Positions 1 to 10,259 of a stretch of DNA of 64,000 bases are shown here, piece after piece. The stretch comes from Klebsormidium nitens (taxonomy: Eukaryota > Plantae > Klebsormidiophyceae). The notes under the pieces were generated by a model. That model was not told the origin of the DNA. It saw only the letters and a program-made list of their open reading frames with translations, and ran no database searches. The DNA is taken from contig DF237271.1 in assembly GCA_000708835.1 (NCBI GenBank), positions 38,855 to 102,854 of the forward strand. The letters are read 5' to 3'. Numbering within the stretch: the stretch's first letter is position 1; every line of letters starts with the position of its first letter. Made by a program: the position numbers and the translations under genes.

Positions 1-269
1 GCACGTTTGGCATCGTCCCTGGCTGCCTGGCTGTCCTTTCGCTGACCCAAAAGGTATTGCACCCAGGGTGTCTAGCGTCAGACTGCTTGTTCTGCCTTCT
101 GCATGTCAGTGGCAGCTAGGAGAAATGCCAGGAATTCCTTTTGGCGTGCTGACATCCGTGGTCTTTCCTGCAGTGGGGTGCGAACCAGATTGGCTAAGCA
201 ACTTAGGACGACCCAGCAGAGCATGTTGCTTGAGTTGCGAAAGGGTTAGTTTGATCATAGGGCAAAGAG

Positions 270-900
270 TTAGCTCAGTCCACTTTAGGATCGTATAAAT
301 TGTTGACATTTGGATCTCCCGAGCACGAAGCATTGCACGCGTAATAAACTTGGTAACAATTTGTAGAGCATACGCACACCCCTGGCGTGTACTCAGCTAC
401 ATAAAGGTTGCCTCCTTGTAAAAGGGGCCGAGGAAAGCGCAGGGTAGAATCATTTGACACAAATGTCGGAAGCATTAGTGCTTAGGTCGTAGGAGGATCT
501 GTAGATGTTCAGTCTATCGTAGCATATCGGACATTCGTCCAGTACTAGTTGTACGTTGCTTTGTCATAAATGGTGCAGATTGTGCATTCAGCGCCGCTCG
601 CAGCCCTTCGCAAATGTTGTATACTTCGTGCAAGTCATGATTTGTCCGTTGCAGTGCATCTGAGTCTGCGAATAGTGTGTGCATCTCCTTGTAAGCTCTT
701 GCTTGCGGATTGCCCGTTTCCCTGCACTTTTCTACGAGCACATAAAGGCTCCACCATCATCATGCTCTACGAACCTATGGCCCTACTAGCTACGGCGTAT
801 TTGAAAAGAGACCATCATCTTGCTAGCTCTACGAGCTTCCTAGTTGCAGCCGCATCCTCCCCCAAAAAGGTGGTAGTTAAACTACCTCGCAAGTGACCTG
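270..900 (-). pseudogene. Decayed intronless ORF relic, possibly with a RING-like start (LDECPICYDRL)
   Basis: Minus strand reads ...VEKCRETGNPQARAYKEMHTLF...EVYNICEGLRAAL, then shifts frame into VQLVLDECPICYDRL and further Cys-rich fragments. Many TAG/TGA stops lie upstream in the same frame. The family cannot be identified. Confidence 0.25.
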
Positions 901-1742
901 CCAATTCGGAGCGCCCAAGCAGTCTGTTCCAATTCTGTGCCGGACTAGGTCACCCGCTAGCTGTGACCGGGAAGATCGCTTGAAGGGTGTCAATCGAGCG
1001 CCAATGTGTGTGCGTATGATGGCCTCCCAGTGACCCAAAAGGCAGAGCAGGAACAAATATTGCAGCGGAGTCAGAGCGGAGCGTCACTCTGCGCGTTGGC
1101 ACCTGAAGCGCGCGCGCCGCAAAACTTTCCTGACGATTGCTCACAAATTCGACTTACGATGGATTTTATGGATCATGGCATGCATCTTCTACTCAGGCTG
1201 TAGTGGGCCTCGAAACGCGACGCGCATCCTGTTCGGTTGACTGACTCAGCGGTACTTCGTCAACCTTGGAGATGCCCCGGTTTCGCCGCCACTTACTTTC
1301 AGCACATGCACGAACCGTTTGAGCGCCACTCTGACGCCTTTTTGACAAGACCAGCTACTGTAATCAGGTCTTCTAACCTAAGCTTCGATGATTTCGACGA
1401 AATCCTGCCCGACATGATTTCAAGCAGTATTTTGTCAATCCAAAGGTCACATCATGTCATCACGCCAGCATGACATGGCCTGAGCGCTGAGTTGCTTTCA
1501 TGAGGTTGACGTTGCGCTCACGTCATGGAGTCCGCTTCTTACACAAAGTCTAGTCATGCAGCAGAGGTAGATCCGTGAACCAGCAGTCAAATCGTCAAGT
1601 AGGGGGCATTTGCGGATGCATGTCGCCAGTAAGCTCATTGCTAGTGGGAACTGTGCTGAAGGTAGCAGGGAAAAGGCAGGGAGCTCAGCGAACGTTGGCG
1701 GCCTTCTCTAATAGTAAAAATGTCAAGAGAGAGAGAGGGGCC

Positions 1743-3578
1743 ATGGGTGACCAGATGGTAGAGTTCTGCGCTTCCCTGCTGACGTCAGATGACCCTCTGA
1801 AGATCACGCGCGTGTCAGGTTGCTGGAAGAACTTCACGAAGGCCCGGATGACATCCGGGAAGGTCTCTGTTTCGCGCGGGTTGTGCAGGAGCTTGCTACA
1901 TTCAGGGGGGGCGTAGTCATTCACCGCATCTTGCGGCTGACGCTGTGGCAGTGTGCAAGCGATCAAATGAACCTGGGGTTCAATCACTTCGTCAGCTCTA
2001 CCGCAGCGCTTGCGATCTTGACGGGAAGCAAGCTGGTGGTTGAGTCCTGCTTGAGAGTACAGGAAGGATCAGACGAGAGGGTGAATGCTCAGGAACTGTA
2101 TCAGCGTTTGATGCAACAGGCTGACCAAACCCTTCTTTCAATGATGGAGAACGCTGGAGGAATAGCAGAGGAAGGCTTCCAGCTTCTCGTGGCTGGATCT
2201 CTGGAGTGTCTGGCCAATTGCGTGCGAGGCTCCAAGGTCTTCCGGGACGCCATGAGGGAAGCGATGGAACAGCGGAACATGTTTGAGCAGTTTGGGAAGT
2301 TTCTCAGCACCGAGTTCCTTTCAAGGACGGTGAGCGCCGAAGTGGCGTTGATCATCCGCCTCCATTTGGCTGGTATGGCGGTCTCTCTTGCATTCTCAGC
2401 CGACAGCCGACTCTGGGCCATAGACAGGGGCCTCCTCAAACTAGTTGCAGCAATCTACGAAGCGTCCCCCTTGCGCGAGCATCGCAAACTGTCCAAGCAA
2501 AGCGAGTCTCCTCTGTTCCGCTGCAACAAAGTCCTGCTCCGCTTGCTCACGGTGAATTCCGCAGCGGAAAAGATGCGCGCTCACAATGCGCTCGAGGACT
2601 TGCGACCCCACAAGCGGAAGATCAACAGCGCTGAACCGGAAACGGAGCCTTGGGCCTACTATGAAAGGTTCTTGGAAGGCGGGGCGACACGACTCCTGAG
2701 ACGCGAGCGTTCTGTAGAGGAGTGGAAGGACCAAGAAGAGAAGCTGAGCGGTGATCGGTCGTCTGCTCCTGGAAGCTCTGCCGGGCCGGCCGCGAGCCCG
2801 CAGTCGGACAAGAGTTCGGCAAATGCGCGCGCTGCCACGTGGCGCGCTACTGCAGGTGAGAATTGCGTCTCGCTCTCAGATGATTTTCCTTACAGACTGG
2901 CTCTGCAGGTCTCCAGAAGACTACCTCTGGTTCACGCATTTTGCCCGTCTCGAACAAGCACTTAAGAGTACGTGTAAGCGGGGTGTAAGCGGAGACGTGA
3001 AAAAAGGTCTGCCCTTAACTGGCCAATTTATTTAGCAGATACTTCGTCGCTTACCAGCTGGACGCTTCCAAAAAGATAGCATGAGAACAGAGTCATTGCG
3101 AGGTATGATCTCGAGCGTGACCCGGAAAAGTACACCCCCTTGGCCACGGTTGCTTAGCCAGGTTATTGAATTGAGAAGACTTTTACCTGTTTCCGTTCTG
3201 ATACGAACAAGTTCCAGCTGTAACTTTACTTCGTGATCCAACCGCTGATCTGCTCAAGGTGATGGCAAGGCTTGGAAACCTGAACACGCATCACGTGCTC
3301 TGAATCTTGATTCAAAATAGCGGTTGAACGAGGCGAGAGATCGCAACCTAGCTAAGGCAGGCATTTTCGCTTATCGATGGGAAGAGCGACACAACTAGTG
3401 TGCTTTATCAACTGTGTTCTTTGATTTTCCAATCTTGATCTCTTGAAGTTCGCTTTTTCACGAGCACCTATTTGCGTTCCTCTGCAGCAAGGAGCACTAG
3501 AAGTTGCACTGGACGACCCACAAGATTGATTGCAAAGGCTTCGCCAGTCGAAGGGGCCCGGAAAGTTGCAAGGAATAG
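1743..3578 (+). pseudogene. MYND zinc-finger protein pseudogene (paralog of 44017-45515 and 48713-50273)
   Basis: Aligns along its length with the two intact paralogs (MGDQMVEFCASLL.SDDP, GLLKLVAAIYEASPLRE, RAHNALE..RPHKRKIN.AEPE). Lesions: 1-nt deletion near 1810; ~10-nt deletion near 2755 that puts VVCSWKLC...CARCHVARYC in another frame; exon 2 (3488-3578) reads KEH-TAG(3498-3500)-KLHWTTHKIDC. Intron 2856-3487. Confidence 0.87.
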
Positions 3579-4549
3579 TAGTCTGATGTTTTAGCAAGAT
3601 AAGTCTGCAATTGCGGGGAATTGACTGGCGATTTTATGGTCGGATGGGAACAAGCAGACTAGTTTTAGTTGGACAAACTGAGCAGCTCCCTCGATCAATG
3701 CGAGCATGGATCAGAAAGGGGATGCACTTGCGATGCCCGCAAGCAAATGGTGAGGTGCACGGTACGCATAGTGGCAATGATCAAGCATATTCAGTTAGTG
3801 CAAAAGACCGCTCATTGTTTTCATTCAGTACTCCATCACAGCTCGGAATTCGGGCCGCGCGGGGGCCACGCGAAACAATCTCAAGCGGTCAGCATTAATC
3901 GGAACTTTGCGAAAGTACATGCATGTTGTCATGGAGATTGGTCTGAGGCGCCTTTTTGCAACCGACCGTCATCTTGATTGGTGAATGAACAATGCGTTCA
4001 CCTTTACATGCTAAACAAATTCGTTTGTACATGCTTAGAAGTCATTCGATCTTCCAAACTAGCCTATATGTACCCTGATGCGTTTGAAGCCTGCCTACGC
4101 TAGCCTTGGAGACCGGTGAAGGTCAACTGTTCCTGCGTTTAAGCTGCAACTTAACCTTTCCTGAATCAGTCTACTTCCCCATCGGCGATTTAAGTACAGA
4201 CAGCTAAGACAACCCCGCTACACAGATGCAAGGAGTCATGCAATCTACCAAAGCAAGCGTCTCGGACCTGAGATTATGCATCTCTACCGTAAATGCTCGA
4301 TTCTATGGACCTTTGTCCATAAACACAAGTAGCTAACAGGCTGTCTCACACTTCCGATGTAGTTCAAAAGTCTAGACCCGTTGGATCTATTAAGCCTTCA
4401 ATTAAGGCAACAGTGCACTGTGCAAGTGTCAACTAAACGGCTGCATCCTACCAGCCCTACGTCAGAGCACCAGACCGGGCTTCTGGCCCTCTCTGCAAGA
4501 AGCAAAGCGCAAGTGCGCCTCCAGCGCAGACCTTGTCGTAGTCATCTTG

Positions 4550-7500
4550 CTAAGCCACCTCCTTCGAGGAACCAGGCAGATTATTGAACTGCAAAACAAT
4601 CACAAACAAGAGAAGGTCAGATGGATGAGCACAATAACCTTGAAATGTTTTGCAAAGTGTTTACCCTCGGCATGAAACCCCACACCATCTGAGGTCAGAA
4701 CCTGTTTATTCCCAAAAACTTGGTCATAGAGCTCAACCGATAAAGGAGCAAAACCCTGGTCGTCAAACCGTCCTCTTCAGCTCTCCAGTTATTGGAACCC
4801 AGATTTGAAACCCAAATCTACCGCAGTAAAGCAGAATCCTTACCGAGATGGGAGTGGTGGTGAAGTTGGACGGCGGCAGGTTGTACTGCGCGCGCTTCCT
4901 CTCGAGGTACGCGAGCGCCTCGCGCGCCTGCATCGTCGGGTGCCCGGGCAGAACATACGCGCGGAGCCTGGAGAGAAGTGACACCGTCCAGATGAGCAAA
5001 CGCAGGTGGAATCGAAGAGAAGTGTTCAAGTGCTTAAGTTTGAGAGGAGATTGTGTTGTGTTCCGACGATAACTCGTACACAAGCTCCACCTTTGGGCTC
5101 ACCGCGTTCAGGACTCGAATGCTTTCAAACTCCTTGTGGGTCCTGCCACGAGCACGATTGGCTACTGATGCGCACTTTCGACACCCCTCACGAAGTCCCT
5201 CTAGCATCAAGGACAAACGAACCCGGCACGACAACATGGGCGATGACGTCAAAAGACGCTGAGTTGGCTGAATGCATCACAATGACATCATTGTCCAGCG
5301 AGCGACTCACATGATGTCGGCCCACTTGACGGGGAAGAGGCTCCCGCCGAACGAGACCAGCTGCAGCAGCGGCCCCTTCTTCCGCTCACCGGACTCGATG
5401 GAGCTCGCGTAGTGCGCGCGGATCGAGACACCTGCGGAACAAACGAACCGCGAAACTTGAGTGAACATTGGATTACCGATTGGAATCGAGGCTCGAAGCT
5501 CCGGTAAAGCGCGCGGGTCGAATACAATCACAGTCCTCGGACGGCCAGGCTTTATTTGACTCGTTAGCAGCGAGAGACGTCAGGAAAAAAATCTCGAAGC
5601 AGCCAGAATTGCAGGCAACAAGCTGTTCGCAACAACGCGACAAACTCAAAGCGGGCTGAAAGAGTATTCGAGAATCGAAGTTGTGGGAGGCGAGATTGCA
5701 AGAAGGACCAAAAACCAACTCTTTGTCAATGCTTGGCTGGAAGCATGAAGGCGCCAAGTTCGAAATGCAGGTATTGAACCGAACAATCTAAGCAAGTCAG
5801 CAAGCGCAAAGGAGGAAAAGTGCACCGGAACGCCACAGCAGGGGAGGATTGCATATCTCCAAGGATTGGGAGAAAAGAACAAGGAACGGGGAACGAGGAC
5901 CGAGAAAAAAAGTATTTGGAAAGCGAAGATTAAAAGTAGTCAACTTGTACCTACCGCAGGTCTTTCGTACGAGCGCCTGGATCAGCTTGACCTTGGGCCT
6001 GCTCGCACGGGGCCACGTGCGTCCCTCAAGCGCCTGCGCGACCGATCGCACGAAGCGCCACACGTCACCACGCTCGTTAAAAATCGCCCTGCAGACCGGC
6101 AAAGAAGCGTTTGAGCCACAGCCAGACAAAATTCTTACAAACGAAATTAGGTTGGGAAGGCCACTTGACGGAAGCAGGACACACTCGAGTTGGCAAGAAG
6201 AGTGGCGGATAGTAGATGCGAGAGATACGCTGCGCTTAGTAAACAATTCTTCAAAAGTCCTGAATAATAAGCCCTTCGAAAGTCCTTCGAAAGTCCTGAA
6301 CGTCGCCTCCTCTCTCTTCTGTAAGGCACGTGAAAGGGAAAAAGCACCACTCAAACTAAATGGGCGCTCTGAAACCAGCTCAACCTACCGTAGGACTTCA
6401 CCCGTCTCTGACCGAACAAGATTCAGCCATTCATAGCTCACTCATCTCCTGTGAATCTCATCGAAGAAGGAAAACAACTGCTGAGAAGTGAAACATGCTC
6501 ACCGGTATGGAATTTCGAGGCTGTATGCCGGGACGTCGGGGACTTTGAGGCGGCGCGCCTTGCGCAGCTTCTCCTCGTCCTTGCCCTCGCCCTTGACGAT
6601 CACCGCGTGGCCGTAGTCGATGATCTTGAACTGGAGGCCGCGCAAATCCACGCTGCAAAAGAAGTTTATCTTTTCCATATTGGTTTCCTGTGTCTTTTTC
6701 GTCGCCAGGCTGCTTCCACAAGCTCGTTCGTTAGATGAGGATGGGTGGAGATGCTGGATCCTGCCCGACCCTCACGCACGTGCTGCAACTGCAGAAGAGT
6801 ACTACTCAATGACTTCCGATAGACTTCGTCAAATAGGAGCACCTGGCAGAAAGCTAGAACAGGCGATCGTTCGAGCGCGCCTTTTCTGAAGCCTTTTTTC
6901 TCCAGAAATCTTGTGCTGGCAGGGCAAACTCCAAAAGAGAGGCTCTGAGGAGGCTAGCAACGGGGTCTGAGACTGTGACCCTCACGTCTTGCCGAACTGC
7001 GTCTGACCAACCTCGTTGTCCCCAAGAAAGAATACATGACACTCTATTCCTTATCCACTTGATCTTTTTCACAATCATTGCAGACCTTGCAGGACAGACT
7101 CCAGTAATAAGGCCAGAGTCGGAAAGAGAATTCAGGACTTCGTTGCTCACGTCTTGCCGAACTGCGTCTCGTCAGCCTCGGGGACGTGATCCCCGAGCTC
7201 CTCTTGCAGGCGGTGCTCCATGACGTTGTGGATGCGCATGTCCTGGTGGAAGAAACCAATCGCCTGCTGTGCGCGGTCCAGCGCGCACAGCACCTGCGAA
7301 AAATCGATAGTTGTTTTTTCAGTGGATTGAAAGCTTGTAAATAGTCACGGTGATAACCGTGTCGCTGGCTTGGCTAATGAGTGTGACTGGAGAACCCACT
7401 CTGTGTGATAGTGCTCGACGGAGTGTGACTGTGATAGTGCAACCTGATTATTTTAGACTAAGGATTGAAGGAGTTGCTAGATGCACCAGACAAACAAGAA

Positions 7501-9277
7501 CGAACTCGCAAAAACGCGGATTTAACAAGGAAGAACTTGCAGAGAACGCAGATCAAAGGAAAGCACAAACTAGATAGATGACAAAACTCACCTGAACAAT
7601 CAGGTTAAGAATGTAGTCAACGTCATTAAAGAGGGGGTCCTCGAAGCGGTCGAGAACGTCCCCCCCGTTCAGCTTCTCGAGCGTCATCCCTAGGAACTGG
7701 CCCTCGTGGTCAAGGACCTTGGACCCGGTTTGCATAAACCCGGGGAGGTAACCGTCCGGGTCATCTAGCAGGTTAAGCTGCCGCCCGATGGCCCACTCGC
7801 GCTCGAGCCCCACCAGGTTTCCCGTGACCTCACCAATCTCCTTGTTGCGGATCTGCTTGAAGACGCGGCCTGGGAGAGTAGGTTGAAATTTAGGTTGGCA
7901 ATCCTGATATGGCCAAAGAGTCATGTTTGGGGTTTGGGGCCACCTGCGCATCATCATGAGAGTCATAGTGAGATGGAAAGATTCAGGAAGGGAGGGGACA
8001 GTGCTTCAAGCACTTCCTTGATCAGAGTTCCAACCGAGACAATAGAACCCTACAGAAGGAGATTTGGATCTTAATGCAAAATTATAATCCAATGAAAGCG
8101 GAGGTAGCATTGGTAAACTCAGATGTCTCTGAGCCTGCTATTGCTAGGGTTCATCTCAAAGGACAGGACAGTGAGACCGACTGGTGCACCTCTCATCAAT
8201 GCGTTTTACTGCGGGAGTACCTCCAATTCTAGTCAAACCGCTCAAAGAATCTCTGAAACCAGGTTGGTGACAACACTGCGGAGGTGAGGCCTTCCCGGCC
8301 CAGACGCCACAGAATCAAGAATGATCTTCCTGCTCAAATAGTTTCGCAAATCCCACATCAAGAACCGTCACCTTCAACGTTCACTCAATCAACAACCTTT
8401 TGGTTGCGTTTGACACGATCAGGTTATGTCGCCAGGCAAGCACCAGCGACATGGTTGATGGATCTCTATCGGATGGTCAATCAATTACAAGAAGTTATTA
8501 CGAAGCTGTCTACTCCTTTGTACGCTCAAAAGGTGGAAACACTTCCCCTGCTTTCTAAGGATGGCGACACCACCAAGTTTGCTAGACAGAATCAGCAGAA
8601 GGGCGTTGCCAGAGGCTTCTCTTTGGCCAAAAAGAATCAAAACCTTCTCTCCTTTGCCTTGCATATCAAGAACTTTCTTGATTGCTCAGGAAGCCTGAAT
8701 CAGACCTTTCTCAAGAACACGTGATTAGTTCAAAAGTACCACAAACCACCTTCAATGCCAAAAGGAGATCCCAGCGCATGATTGTCCCCTCACCTGCATC
8801 AGATCCATCCTCATTCTCCAACAAGAACACGGCACCTTGGACCCCCGCGCCTAGTTGTTTTCCCAGCTTCCACCCATTCGCCAAAGAGGCACCAGACTCC
8901 CCTACAAAGTCCGCCCCAACCTGGATAACTTCCGGATCCGAAGCAGTGGCTGGCGTCCTATAACTTTTCTGCAGCTTCCGTCCAGTCGCAACGTCGATCG
9001 GCGGGGGGGCAATTCGCGCAGCTACCTTGACCCCCCGGGTCGCAGCCCTCCTCTTCAGAGGGCTCACCTCATGTGCAATTCGGACCCCCCCGGCAACGAG
9101 GCTCACCTTTTGAGCAGCTAGATCTGAGACATTTGAATAGATATTCCGACTTCTTGAGGGAACAGGAAGCAGGGCAAGGGGCTGAGAAATTGATCCACTG
9201 CAAGCAGGTTTCTGCACAGGGTGTAAGGCCTGAAAGAGTGTACCCCTCCCTAACTGGGCGGAGGTGATCGCCTGCAT
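4550..9277 (-). CDS. Ser/Thr protein kinase (atypical, haspin-like catalytic loop) with a probable chloroplast transit peptide
   Basis: Phase-consistent exons 9277-8794, 7869-7592, 7293-7151, 6652-6503, 6088-5955, 5431-5311, 4967-4844, 4588-4550. Motifs: LGAGVQGAV (Gly loop), RVFK (Lys), LEREW (alphaC Glu), FFHQDMRIHNV (catalytic loop), KIIDYG, GDVWR. The N-terminus is Ser/Ala/Arg-rich and poor in acidic residues. Confidence 0.88.
6981..7180. repeat. Direct repeat (~35 bp, period 165) of a kinase exon 3' end plus its splice donor
   Basis: CTCACGTCTTGCCGAACTGCGTCT occurs at 6981 and 7146, followed by GACCAACCTCG versus CGTCAGCCTCG. On the minus strand both read ...TQFGKT|GTGAG. Confidence 0.85.
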
Positions 9278-10259
9278 CTTGGAAAGCACTTGAGAAGCAG
9301 AGCGGGATGGAATGTTGCTGCTTGCCTTCAACAAAAGTATCAAGGGACCTACAACGCAGTATACCAGTGCGGTCTTCCTCGCCCTGATTTGTCAGCGGCT
9401 CAAAGGACAAGGCAACTGCATGAGGAAATGGCGCTGTTCAATCAGAATGCCTTCTGATGAAGGACTCGCACTGAGTGAGAGCAACCAGCTACCTTGTCCT
9501 TGAGTGCTTCCAAATCAGAAGGCTGAAATCCGTTCTCCTTCGAGCTGCAAGTACTATAATGCCATGCTTTGTAGCCGTGAGTCTGCATGAATGACCATGC
9601 TTTCTGCTGTGCTGCTTTCTGCCACCTCGTTTCCTGGCACAAGATTTCCAGCAGTGCTCAGCTCTGCCCAGTGCCGAGCGCTCTTGCTGAGCCTTGCTTG
9701 CTTGCGGCGCCCATCAAGAACACAGTCAACACTCGTAATGCAAGACTGGTCTGACGTGGCACTGTACTGCTACGTGGCAGCGCTTTACTGCCACTTGTCG
9801 ATTTGTCAGCAAAGCGCCTGCCTGACATTGACATCTGGCAACTTTTGAGCGGTTCAAAGGCAAATAGCCAATCAAAACCATTTCCGTGGATGCTTGCCTA
9901 CCATTACCGCCTGCAACTTTGCTCTAGCTAGATCAAACTGTTCACTCAGGAAACGTCAGAGTCCGTGCTGGCAATTGGCGCGCTACATTGACAGTGACAG
10001 CACGTACGTTCTTGTTTCCACCATTGCGCAACAGCGGAACCCAGAGCCTGAGGCCCATCAGGAGGGTGCATTCTGAGGAGAGCGCGAAGAAATTCTGCGT
10101 CTCTAACGAGGGACCTTCTCAGGGGTTGCTCCCCAATACATGCAAGAGAATACTTGCGTGAAGCTGAGCTATCTGTAACGTACCGACCAATCTAGATTAT
10201 TGCAGAACAACCTCACAGGCACTGACGGTGCTTGCTACTCCTCAGCCGCTGAGTTGAGC
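9278..10259. promoter_or_regulatory. Putative shared/bidirectional promoter between the kinase (-) and the phosphatase-like gene (+)
   Basis: Divergent ATGs at 9277 and 10260, about 1 kb apart. Inferred from geometry only; no TSS data. Confidence 0.4.

Noticed and set aside
1820-2965. 381-aa ORF as an intact gene
   Set aside because: Comparison with paralogs shows it starts and ends out of frame (MYND finger in another frame); treated as a pseudogene.
3032-3241. 69-aa minus ORF with a GQGGVLF kinase-like loop
   Set aside because: Lies in the MYND pseudogene intron; no other kinase motifs.
5849-6436. 195-aa plus ORF and 185-aa minus ORF
   Set aside because: They overlap kinase exon 6088-5955 and flanking intron; only the spliced part is supported.
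8284-8724. 146-aa antisense ORF in kinase intron 1
   Set aside because: GTG start, no recognisable domain or splice support; probably chance.
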